Shown one piece after another: positions 51,940 through 63,848 of a stretch of 64,000 nucleotides of DNA. A model generated the notes under the pieces. The model saw only the letters and a list, made by a program, of their open reading frames with translations, searched no databases and had not been told where the DNA came from. The number at the start of each line of letters is the position of its first letter. The stretch's first letter is position 1. The DNA comes from Lingula anatina (Eukaryota > Animalia > Brachiopoda), in assembly GCA_051362555.1 (NCBI GenBank), contig CM120642.1, forward strand, positions 26,226,001-26,290,000. The letters are read 5' to 3'. The position numbers and the translations under genes were made by a program.

Positions 51940-54560
51940 TGTTTGTGTGTGTCGCAAATGTACAAATGTACACTAACTAAAAAGTACCAAAAAGCATACG
52001 GACATCATATTCTGAATACCATGTTGTTTTACAAAAAGGCAATCAACTGTTATTTGAAAAAAATACGCAAAATAGGCGCTTTTTAAAGTAAAGCTTATAT
52101 GCTTATATGCTTTTCACTTCTATAACATATGGTAACTGCAATATTGAAATTTCAGGAAAAGGATGCTTTCTTTCTTATGACAAACATGGTTGTAACGCCG
52201 AACCAGAAGCTTGGAAAATGCGATGAGGTACGATGAGAAAAAAAAAGAAAGAATGAAAGAGCAACTGCATCTACATCTTTGTAGCAAGTGTTAGGGAATG
52301 TATGTCATGACAGATTTTTAAAAAGCATGTACATTAGTTTCTTCTCTCCTGTGATGTTGCCGTTGGATCTAGGGGTCGCTGAAGAACCGCCACCACTCGC
52401 TTACAAAACCACCCCCTTCCCCAATGAAAATAATAAGATAAGTAGATAAATAAAATGAAAGAAAAAAGTATTTCAAGGAAGCATGCTTCATATAGTTTTT
52501 TTTATCTTTTTTTTTTTTTTTTTTTTTACAAAAATCAGTATTAAAATAGGCAAAAACTCTCCCATCTTATGTAACGGATTCGCTATTGATTCAGAAAAAT
52601 TTGTACTGTACTAATAATAAAAAGACAGATCTAATGCAGGTCATTGTGTTATCAGGATCCAGAAGTTGCCCCATGCAAGCGAGACTCCGACTGCTCAGCA
52701 GGTCAAACAACATTTGGAAGCAACGGTAAGTGGTTTGCTTCCTATGTCTACCGGTAATCCGGTAGTTCATTAATTCGGGGCTAGTCGCAAATACTAGTCT
52801 GTTGGCGTTGATGTATCTGTTTTTTTCCTGAATGATGAGAGGCATCGATTTTGATAAAATATCATTACAAAGTCTTAGGCAAACAGTTTTTTTCTATGTT
52901 GTGTTAGCTCTTCATCATCAGTATTTCACAGCGTTCTATTGTTTAACTCCGGTCATTATTTGAAATTACCCAAACCAAAGGCACATTACCATAGGAACAT
53001 TTTAATAGGAATCAGGTTTATTAAACAACCCACCAAGTTGACTGAGTTTACGCATGTTTCTGATTTTTTGTTTAGTTCAATGTGTTGCATGCTATGTGTG
53101 AGATGATACACTGTCACCAGAGCGATATACATGTATGTCAGGCATATATCGCGAGAAGGTGGCAGTGTATTATTTGACATACATACATACATACACACAT
53201 ACATACATACCAAGAGAAAGTACTCGCACTGCACCGTAAAACACCTCTAAAACCGAAAAAAAGAGTATATCGCCGCATTCACATATCGTCTCCAGGCGTG
53301 TGTTATTAAGACAATACCTTTAAGAAGGTAAAATTTAAACTGCAAGGAGATGTTTTATTTATGAATCATAATCGAGATTCAACGTGTTTAACTCGAAATA
53401 TTATTTTCAAATTGTACGTTGAAATGAACTGCAATTAATAATTACACTGATTGGTTAGAAAGAGGGTTTCCCAAAGGAAACGGCCTCTTGCAGCCTTTGG
53501 CTGCTTCCGGCCCTTTTGTCTGGGTGTTTTGTGGAAGCAATATTCGACGGTCTTTTCCGTAGTTCACAGTGTTTGAATTCGTCTTTTGGTTACAGTTTTG
53601 TTTTACTGAGACAATATTTGGCAAATATGCTGGTTTTATTGTTTATTTTATTTTTTTATTTAATTCTATTTTGCCTTGTCTTTGTATACAGTGTTGTGTG
53701 TCTGTCTCATTGTTAGCAGCAAATCTATTGTTTTTTGTTTTTTAATTTAATACTATGATAATTAAGTCATCACATTTTTATAGCATTTTAGTTTTTATAG
53801 TATTTTAATGTCCAAACGTAATTAACTAAGGCATAAAGGGCAAAGATACATGTCTTATTACTTACAGGTCGTGCTGTTTCAGGGGTCATGACAGGACGAT
53901 GTATCCCGTCGTCTAGAAACTCTTCCATGACGTCATGTGAAGTATTCGCATGGTGTCCCGTGGAAAATGACGTCCCGTTGCTGTGAGTAAGGGGCTGAAG
54001 TCCGCTTGATTACAGTATAAAATGGATTCTTAGCTAATTCAAAGGTTGATTTAATAAGCCCAAGCTTTTAGTTTCGCTGCGTTGCATAATGCAATTGGTA
54101 GTGTTTGTCATCAGCTTAGTCTGCTTTTTATTAAGATATTGAAGGCCAACGGTTTTTTGATCGATATGCATTTTCCGCTATTTAAATTGGTTCTAAAATG
54201 GCATGTGCTTTCATTATAACGTTAGTCAACGGCACCTACTCTTCCAGAGAGTCGAGTTTGTTAGAGACAAACCCAGACTAAAATAAATAAATAAACAATA
54301 AAGGGTAGTCTAAAGGCATTATAGTTGTGAGATTTTTGGAATGAAAATGAAATGACGCTATAATTGAGTAATGTTGGCTTGCCCGTTTGTTAAGTGGTCA
54401 AGATTGGGTATGAGGTTATTGATCTTCCTTTTCCATTGCTTCTCCCCAAAGTAGAGAAAAAGTAATTAATCTCAAATCATATTACCAATGTCATCATAAA
54501 TACAAATTTCAATTATCCATGTTCAGAATTATATTTAATTAGACATTTAAAAATGATACT

Positions 54561-54605
<45 letters not shown>

Positions 54606-56813
54606 TCTCACAATACTTCAGATGAGCATTTTGCCTTGACTAGACATTATTTAAAATGTTGTTTGTTTCAGTAAAGGTCGACCTGTTCTTCCGGGGGTAG
54701 AGAACTGCACTGTGCTTATAAAAAACTACATTGTATTCCCGAAATTTGGCGTAAGAAGGCAAGTATTCAGTATGCTACTAATTTCTTCAAACAAGCCGAA
54801 GGCGATCTGTTCTTTTTTCATTTTTACCATGTTTACTTTCACCTTGGCACTAGTTCGTCCTTTATAGCATAAACGTGTCTGCTGTGGTATAGGGAACATT
54901 TTAAATATACACTAGCCAGTACTGTTGCGTCATGAATGGAGGAATATTTATGGATTGTATACTTGAATGTCATAGATCAGTCATTTCTGCCTATAAACAC
55001 ATCTTCACGAGGATAGCCACGTATTGGAATACCGTTAAGATTAATGAAGACAGTCTATCAAACATATAGTTATCGGAATTAATAAGAACAGTTGGTGTTA
55101 GGAAAATGATTTGTGTTGACGGTCTGCCGTTTCTTATTGTAATAATCTTTCAAGGGAAGCATGCTGTCTTCTAACATACCAACTATTCTTATTATTTCTG
55201 GTCTTTAATTAACATTAAATGAAAAATTATGTCAGAAAAAAATGGTGGAGGAAAAGAAAAAAAATAAAATCTTTGGTAAATATGGAAATACAAAATCGCA
55301 TTTTAGTATGATATTTAAAACCGTAAAACTTTTTTTAAGTTTAAAAACTTTTTACTTTTCTGGATATTGAATATCATTTCAATCTATCGGTATTAATGAT
55401 GAAATGTTAAATGTACGAACATGCAATTTAGATATTTGTTTGTTCATAATAAATAATTTCTTCATATGTTTTTTGTTAAAAGGTTTTTCATTATATTCCA
55501 GGCGGACAATTCCTGAAGATTATGCCGAAAAACATCTTAAGACTTGCAGATGGAACAAAGATGAAGAAAAATACTGCCCAACGTTTAGGATAGGCGACAT
55601 TATTAACAGTATTGGAGAAAATTTTACTGAATTAGCTTATAAAGTGAGTGCCAAGATCTGCAAAGCTTAATAATGTAACCATATTTGGTTATATTCTAAT
55701 AAAATGTTTACTGTATCTTTGTTTTATTAATGGGTAATCGATAACTCATCTGTGTGAATTGACAGAAGTCCTTTTAATACTGTATATAGATTAAACACAG
55801 CCGTTTTTTTTTTAACTTTCAATATCTAAATGGACCATGAATTGACCATTGTGTATACTGAAAGTGGACATGGAAATTGAAAAATGTTGTTTTATTGCGT
55901 ATGTTTTCTCTAGGGAGGAGTTATCAATATCAATATACAGTGGGACTGCAATTTAGATTATGACCCGAAATATTGCCTACCACTTTTTACAATGAGAAGG
56001 GTGGACGAAAAAACAGATATCGCCCCTGGCTTGAATTTTAGGTGAGCGTTTCTGTATGTGTTATTGTATACAATATTGTAAAAGAATCGATATCTAGTCA
56101 TATAGCCATTATGATGTGTTTTAGGATTCACGCATGGATTGCTAAACTACAGGTTTAAATTAAATGATAATATTTGCGTGGGATGTGATAGCTGGTGTAT
56201 TACAATTTAATGTCAGATTGGATTTAAAACGCCATTGTTGGTTGGGTTATAACCTGACTTATTTCAAAGGTTTTTGTCGGCAAAATTGTTTTTAGACTAC
56301 GGAATGAAAAGCTTTGTAAAAGCCAAATAGAAATAAATCATCGACCGCTTGAATTAAGTGCTTGTCAGTGTATTAAGATTTAATGCCACGATTGCTTTGA
56401 AAGTGCCATTGTTGGTTTGACTATAACTAGATGAATTTTACAAAGCTTTACTCTCAGCAAAATTGTTTTGTGAACTGCGAAATAAAACGCTTTGTAAACT
56501 GATTGAAAAAAGTCATTAAACGCTACTATACCCGCAACTTTATTATTGAAGTAATCATTTTATAAGAGAATGTAAGATTACTTAGGCTGAAGTCCCTGAA
56601 ACCAAATGCATATGTATCAGTTGATCTAGGGTTTGGTTGTAAGAAACGCTCGGTGCACATTCGGAACATCTATCGCAATCACAGAGAACAAGCCTAACAC
56701 AATTACAGGGAGCTATTGCACTGTTTATCTCAAGCGACCCGCGCGCGCGTGTCTATTTTGAGTGTGTACATGATTGCGTGCATGTGTGTTTGCGCGAGCG
56801 TGTGTGTGTGTGT

Positions 56814-56847
<34 letters not shown>

Positions 56848-57440
56848 GAGAGAGAGAATCATATTTTTAAATCATAATTGAAATGATATTGACTTGAAAT
56901 TAATATATATTTATGATGTAGTTTATGTATGTATTTTCTAGGCATGCCTATCACTATGTTGAACACGGTCAACCCGCCAGAACACTAATAAAAGCCTGGG
57001 GGATACGTTTTGTGATCACAGTATCAGGGAAGGGAGGAAAATTCAGTATAGCACCCACGTTGCGTAATATAGGGGCAGGGTTAGCACTCATGGCTATGGT
57101 AAGCTGCTTGCTACATATTAAACCATGTTTATTAATGCTGAATTTCACAATTGGATTAGTTCAAGAAAGAATATAAATATTTATGTTAGCTTTTTTAGGC
57201 CAAATGAATATATTTTTCCAGTTTAAATCTAGAGACTAGCTACAACTGTATATTGCTACTAATATTGGCTTTTAGTTGAATGTTTTTAATTGTCATTGAG
57301 TTTCGATTATTTAACTCCTTGGTCATTTCTTTCACCAGGCTTCGGTGGTATGTGACATTGTTCTACGCATTTGGTACCGTTCATCATTCGAAAAAGAAAA
57401 ATACAATGAAGCAAAAATAATGCGTCTGGAATGCTGCTGA
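41296..57440 (+). CDS. P2RX: P2X purinergic receptor (ATP-gated cation channel, P2X4-like), 10 exons, 382 aa
   Basis: Exons: 41296-41438, 51733-51880, 52156-52227, 52656-52725, 53883-53982, 54672-54758 (GC donor), 55502-55643, 55914-56041, 56942-57098, 57339-57440 (1149 nt). Motifs: [85 protein letters not shown]. All 10 conserved ectodomain cysteines are present. Confidence 0.95.
42877..43153 (+). mobile_element. CAGTGGCGGA...TCCGCCCCTG MITE, family B copy 1 (6-bp TSD gtatgg/gtattg)
   Basis: Terminal inverted repeats and an internal G-run/C-run hairpin. Homologous to 62278-62548 and 63578-63848. Confidence 0.8.
43885..44425. repeat. Tandem repeat, ~181-bp unit x3, in P2X intron 1
   Basis: The unit gccattggta(c/t)gaggc.aaagacaaa...gatggtagcctt...aaaacact.aagggg...cagattaagtttgctgtgaaaca repeats at ~43885, ~44066 and ~44247. 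Confidence 0.9.
47327..47380. repeat. (CA)n(GA)n microsatellite
   Basis: Direct reading. Confidence 0.9.
51019..51192. mobile_element. Short MITE (Harbinger/Tourist-like termini)
   Basis: gccccttttacactggagacgtccttt ... aaaggacgccgcccagtgtaaaa inverted ends, preceded by TTAA/TAA. Confidence 0.5.
51908..51952. repeat. (GT)n microsatellite
   Basis: Direct reading. Confidence 0.9.
56196..56524. repeat. Degenerate tandem duplication, ~174-bp unit x2
   Basis: gccattgttggtt...caaaattgtttt...gctttgtaaa at 56231 and 56405. Confidence 0.75.
56790..56856. repeat. (GT)n(GA)n microsatellite
   Basis: Direct reading. Confidence 0.9.
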
Positions 57441-59617
57441 CCTTGAAAAGAAAATGATACAAAGAAGAAACATGACTCTCAGTTTTGTATATTTAATTAA
57501 ATGGTTGAAGAAAAAGCTGAAAAACAGAAACCAGCAAAAATACAAGTGGTAAATGGTGTTTAATTCAGCGTATTTTAACCTTAAACATCGTACCAAAGAG
57601 CTATCAGTAAGGCGATCTCAATGATTTTTTTCATTGGCAGTGTTGACACTTGTTGATACTTGCGACGGTTCGTCATTTCGTCATCAACATTCGCCCTCGG
57701 ACGGAATGACAGCAGCAGCACCAGGAACGCTAGCCATGAACTAAGACCAGAGTTACTTTTTCGGGGGACGCTTGTTGTTTACCTCCATTGTTTTCATGTG
57801 TAATGAATACATTTTGTGTTACATATAAACTTGTTCCCCCATTGGCTCATGCCAGTGGCAAGTCTCAGTACCGTCATGATAAAACAAGAACTGAGACGTT
57901 TTACTATCAAACTTCACTTCCCTTCCTTCTTTACAGCCATGAATAACTCTGATAACAGAAAAGGAGACCGTTGAGTCTAACTCAAAACGATAAAAACAGT
58001 AATTCAGATATCGGAAACGTATTATGATTTTCTGAACAGTTTTGGATAGCACATGCCTTGGTGATGCAAGGAAAAAATGAAATTTTCAGGAAGATGCTAT
58101 ACAAATGACTAACGGGCAATAAGAAGCATCTAGACAAGAGATTGCCATAAGTACTCGAGTATCTGTACCAATCAAAATCTTTCAGTTCTGTTTTTTTGTC
58201 TAATGTGTACGGAAATATAGATAGTGGTAATATACAGTCAGAACAAGAGTATTTTTTCGGTTAATAACAATTTTATTTGTCGAGGCAAAAATTTTTTAAA
58301 TATAAATTGTCATACCATATAGTTAGCCACTGAACTCATGTGTCAGGGAGGAAAAGGAGGATTTCCGATCAAGATACTTAAGCCGATGTATAAAAAAGCC
58401 AGTCTTATATTAGCTATGATTTGGGAGTATGACTTATTTAAATCATTGGTGATTGATGATTCATTTTTAATGCTTATATACCTTGAAAAATCATATCTGT
58501 GAACTTGAACTGCGCGCGTGAGACGTTCAATAACTATATGACCCATAACAAATGTGCATCACAATAAAATCATATTTTCGCATTTATTTGTGTAGATTTT
58601 TTATTCTCTTGTCGAAGTCTGTTTATCATACAATGCCTGCAAGTGAAACTTCATTGGTTGGTATATATTCTATGTATATGCATGTCCGATTTTACATTTT
58701 ACCCTATATAACGACTCAGCTAAATAACTAGAGCTACCTGCAAGGGCAATAGTGAATTAAGAAATGTTATGAAGCTCCGGAATATGTTACTTTTTTGATG
58801 GACGACGTTAAAATAAACAGTTTTGTGAAATAACATGGAAAAAGAAAGATATCTCGTAATCACAAACAAAAATAAGGCTGAAAACATGACTATTGTATGG
58901 GAAAATAAGCTTGTAATGAAGTAAAGAGACAATAAAATATATTCATACAAGTTAAAATCAGTCAAACAAAGAAGTATGGTTCAGGGTTCTGGAAGCATGA
59001 AAATAAGTTTTAAAAGGGCTTTTGTTTGTTATTTTCTTGATTTTGAAAGAAATCAAATGTTGTGAATATCGAACCCTGCTCATATGGATTTTGTCAGCCT
59101 GCGTCTATTCTGTCATATTGACAATACGAAAAGTAGGATTAAAATAAAAAACACAATGTCATAGACATTGAAATCATCACACACATGCGAGCGTGAGTCT
59201 ATATGTTACACAACATTGTGTAAAAATTTCCCCTTGTTTCAGTGATTGGTGGTTCTCTTTTCTGATTAGGTGTGGTTGTTTTTGTGAAATAAAAAATATC
59301 GATTTCACCCATTATATTACCATGTTTTATTCACAAGATGTTTACAGAGCGGTGATATATAGACCTGCAAAAACAATGTAAATTACATCAACGAATTTCT
59401 TTATTGTTTTGGCTTAGGTACGATAGTGTAAGGCAGGTTTTTATTTCACATTACAAAGGATGTTTGAATCTTCGCGCTAAAGCTTGTAGGACAATTCCAT
59501 CTTCTAGGAAAAGCTCAAATTAGACCGGCGGAGCATCGGGTCAATCCGTGACACTCGTCGGTTTTTCCGATGAGTCATCCGATTGATAGTGCACAGTCTT
59601 AACTTGCTGATACGGAC

Positions 59618-62600
59618 ATGGCGGACGCTGCAGACAGGTAAGGGGTATTAACCAGAGTAACGTTTATTTCATCAATGATAACGACGCTTTAAGATTCCCA
59701 AAAGGCGTTTCTTTAGTAAGAAAGGAGCTTACTTGTGGGCTGATCAACTTTTCTTCTGTCAGGATATATGCACATTACTTTCTCTTTCGGAACAGAACCT
59801 AGACCTTATTTGTCTATACCTTTCTGCCTTTTTGTGTGTACAATGTAGTTAAAACAACATATTCGGGAATTTTCATTTTCTATTTACGTTACAGAAATTG
59901 TACTAATTTATCCCATAACATGCATGGGATTATATTTGGGTCCCACATTACTTCCTTGTTTAGAATATATATATATCTGTTTTAGCATTAAGTATCCACG
60001 TTTTATGCAACCTCATTTAACAAAAAAAAACTATTCCAATTTTCAAGTGAGTTGCCAAATGCGTGGAGAAAGTGTCAAGGATGGGATGGAGAGGTAAGTG
60101 CAGACAGTGGGTTGAGTTTGAAACAAAGTGTTACACATTCCACAGTTAAGTGTTATCATACGTCCATTTTGACCTACTTTGATAAAATGATATACTATTT
60201 ATTGTGTTTCGCATCTGTATATTTACAAAAGGTAAATATAGGCCTATTATATTTGCGAACATCATGACGTTTAGATAAACTAGGCACAAAAAAAAAAATC
60301 AAAAGCATGCCATAAAATACTGGTAAAGACAATCCACTCCTTTTATGTTGAAGAGAGTTTTTAAAAAATAATTGCTAAAATTCTTGCGATGTGTTTAAAA
60401 ACAGACTAAATTCGATTTGGATGGGCCCTGATTTCTGTTCTCACACCTGGTTTTAATGTTACTCGCGCTTAAAAAATTAAAGACAATTTACTGATGAGGG
60501 ATGATAATTGAAAGAATTGTTTATTGTAAATCAGTATTCAAAAATTCAAAAGGCATGTAGTCTATATGGTCTGGATGGTCTTACTTTTGAAAGAATGAGA
60601 TTTGTTTTTATTTTAGAGTGTTAAAGCTCTTGCAAACCGCGTGCTACAGTATGAACCCCCCTACGGAGTGAAGAGAGCCCGAATACTACTAACGGGAACA
60701 GTTGGCTCGGGGAAGTCAAGCTTTTTTAACGGTGTGAAGTCGGTATTCAGGAACCGTATAGCTACACAAGCTATGACTGGTGCCAGTGCCCGAAGTTTAA
60801 CAACAAAGGTACGTATTCAGCTTCAAATATCTAAAGGCAGTAATTAAAGGCCACAGAAAAAATTATAATAATAAATGACATTTTTTCAATTTTATTACTG
60901 GGTCGAGGGAACATAAAATTTAAGAAGAAACTAATTTCTGAATATCAATCTCCTTTGTGCTAATTGCACGCGTACGCCAAATGATGAAAGACTTAGGCCT
61001 TTCGATGATGGGCTTAATGATAAGAATGTCGAACACGCGCTTGATATCATATTGTTCTATTTTTCTGTAATTTTCATCTTTTTTCTTTACGTAAATGTTA
61101 TTCTTTCCAAAATCAAAACAGCGACTCGAAATAACTTCAGTATAACATTCCAACTCCCTGAAATACAGCTGAGCAACCCACTCTTATTCTGTAGTTCAGG
61201 ACCTACGAAATTCGGGCCACGGATGGGACCCCTCTGAAATTCCAGTTGTGTGACACCCCTGGTCTTGAAGACGGTCAAGGACTTGAGCCGGTAGATTTCC
61301 AGTTTCTCTTGGACGGAAATGTTCCTGACGGCTTTCAGGTATTTTAAATTTTTTTTATTATCAAACACACGTTTGTAGGTGTTTTCTTAATGATCACGCG
61401 CTACAGTATTGGTAGAAATATTAGGCTATTTTTGAATTCAACAAAATGAATAAATATGCATGTGTATACAGGATATGCATTGAACAGAAAAAGTTATAGT
61501 GCGTTAATAGGAGATAGTAAGTTAATATATAGTAGGGACAGCAATGTCTTGTTCGTCTTAAGCTCCCTATCTATAAACATCAGTAGATAATACAGCAGTT
61601 CAAATGGAGTTTTTTTTTTAGTGTGTTTTAACCAAAAATATTTGAATAGTGCTACATATTAATTTTAATCTTAAAAGACATGATTTGTTGATTTTTTTTA
61701 TTTGATATTTTCAAGTGCCATCCCAATACAAGAATAACTACCAATATACCAGGATTTGTGAAGACTCCAAACATTTCCAACTCCATCCATTGTCTCGCTT
61801 TTGTCATTGACGCGGCAACCGTCTCAGTCATATCGGAGACAATTAAAAAGAAACTGGTAGACATCAAAGATCTGGCCCTGTCTAAAAGTAATTTTTTCAT
61901 TTAATAACAATTTAAATTAATAAAAAGTATTTGGTTGTTTGTTTGTTAGTCTGTTGCTGTTATTTACTCCATAATTTATTTCCTGTCTGTGTAGCTTATA
62001 TTGTCTTCTCTCTCTCTCTCTTTCTTTCTTTCTCTCTCTCTCTTAAACACACAAACACCATGCATGTTTCTTAAATAGTGTAAGCTTCTTTTCATAATAA
62101 ACTCTGGCGTTCATTTATCCGTAGATATTCCGTGCTTGATATTGCTGACAAAGGTTGACAAAGTGAGCCAGATAGCCGATGTAGATCTCTCCAAAGTTTA
62201 TCTGAGCAAAGCCCTGCAAGACAAGGTCAAACAAGTCGCTGACCTTCTGGGATTGCCAGAATCACAGGTAAGGTGGACAGTGGCGGATTAAGAGGGGGAG
62301 GGGGGGGGGGTTCAGGACCCCCTCTTCGGTTTCTGAAAAATATATCGCACATATTGAAATTAGAATGTTAACTAACTAAATTATAGTTCCAAACCGTACA
62401 AAAGCGCTCTGTTTGCTCTCCAAAACACCTAAAAATTGCGGGGTCCTTGAGCAGGCCCCGAACCCCACACCAAGAGGGCGATGGTCGGCTTCACATCAGA
62501 GGCCTGTCTTTCCGGACCCCACTTCTAGTAATCCTGGATCCGCCCCCGGGTGGATAAGCCTACTATGCATGTGTACTCATATTTTTGAACAACAAAAGTG

Positions 62601-63014
62601 AACAAAAAACCTTGTGAAAAAAGTAATAAATAAACGAATAACTAAAAAAATTAGAAATAAGATTATATTGGAAAAAAGACTTCGTACAAGTTTTATTGAT
62701 ATGTAGGCCTACTTAAGTTTTTCATCGTGTATATTATGAGTTACGTAATGTACCAGTAAAATTAAAAAGAAAAGAAAACAAAACAAAACCCAAACAGGGC
62801 TTATGCATATTTGCTACAATTTTTAATCTACATGTAGGTGCTCTTGGTGAAGAACTACTGCAAGGAAGTGGAGCTGGATGCTAGTGTCGACGTTCTCACT
62901 CTCACGGCGATACAGCGAATGCTTGGGTGTGCGGACGATTACTTCGATGAGCTTGCATCCCAGCAGTGTTCTGACAACTTTGAGAACGTGCAGCTTGGCA
63001 TGCAAGCCATTTAA
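59618..63014 (+). CDS. IFI44L: Interferon-induced protein 44-like P-loop GTPase without a TLDc domain, 7 exons, 297 aa
   Basis: Exons: 59618-59637, 60048-60093, 60617-60808, 61195-61338, 61716-61887, 62125-62267, 62838-63014 (894 nt, GT-AG). Motifs: RILLTGTVGSGKSSFFNGVKSVFR, SLTTKFRTY, LCDTPGLE, LDGNVPDG, IHCLAFVIDA, ILLTKVDK, VKNYCKE, ADDYFD. Confidence 0.9.
59777..59880. promoter_or_regulatory. Candidate ISRE/IRF-E sites and a kB-like site in IFI44-like intron 1
   Basis: ACTTTCTCTTTC at 59777-59788 (GAAAGAGAAAGT on the minus strand). GGGAATTTTCATTTTC at 59865-59880 (kB-like site overlapping GAAAATGAAA). Confidence 0.4.
62278..62548 (+). mobile_element. MITE family B copy 2, perfect 6-bp TSD GGTGGA
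   Basis: ggtgga|cagtggcggatt ... ggatccgcccccg|ggtgga. Confidence 0.82.
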
Positions 63015-63577
63015 AATTTGTATTGCTGTGGCAGATATTGAGCGATTTTTTTTTTTGGCAAAAAAGTGCAATGTGTTTAATTTTACCCTAAAAAAGCATA
63101 TTTAATGACACTTTAATCCAACTAGGAACTGCTGGTATAATTAATGCGTATTGTATTCAAGAAAATTAACAATCTTGTTCGATCACTATTTTTACTAATC
63201 ACATAAAGGCTACTATTTCAAATGATGTACATGTATGATATGTTGGTTTGTGCATATATACAGTATGGGATAATTTGTAACTTAATCTTTTCTCCGTATC
63301 CAGTCATGAAACATCCAACAATTAGGTCAGGCAGTGTTTTCTAGAGAACTCAATAATTTGCAGCGATAATACTTTATTACAGTCACAGTTTGATAGCAAA
63401 GTTAGTAATCGTTTGCCAGACCGTGACTTTGCCCTCATATCATTTCGAAGCTGTGAAAACGCCTGCAATCAAAAAATTTGGTAGAGTACAAAATAAAAAG
63501 TATAAGTGAATAAAAGCTATGAATGGCAGCTGTGATGTTTGCTTCTGTCACTTTATTTATATATGAATATACAAGTA

Positions 63578-63848
63578 CAGTGGCGGATTTAGGGGGGTTC
63601 AGAGGGGTTCTGATCCCCCCCTTCCATTTCTGAAAAAAAAATCATACCAATGGTCCCGTCTTCAAATTAGGATTTTAACTAGCTAAATCATAGTTCTAAA
63701 CCGTGCCAAATGGCACCGTTCGCCCTCTAAAATACCAGATTTTTTTTGGAATCCTTCAGCGGGCCCGAACCCCACGCCAAGGGGGGGGGGGGGGGGGGAG
63801 AGAGAGAGGGGCGGCTTGCCATCTGCGGACCCCCCTTCAAATAATCCT
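63578..63848 (+). mobile_element. MITE family B copy 3 (3' terminal repeat truncated)
   Basis: cagtggcggatttagggggg...ctgaaaaa...aaattag...ctagctaaat.atagttctaaaccgt...ggacccccttcaaataatcc. Confidence 0.75.

Noticed and set aside
57641-57744. Possible alternative last P2X exon (LTLVDTCDG...AMN*)
   Set aside because: It needs a phase-1 donor within exon 10, and none was found before the stop; treated as 3'UTR.
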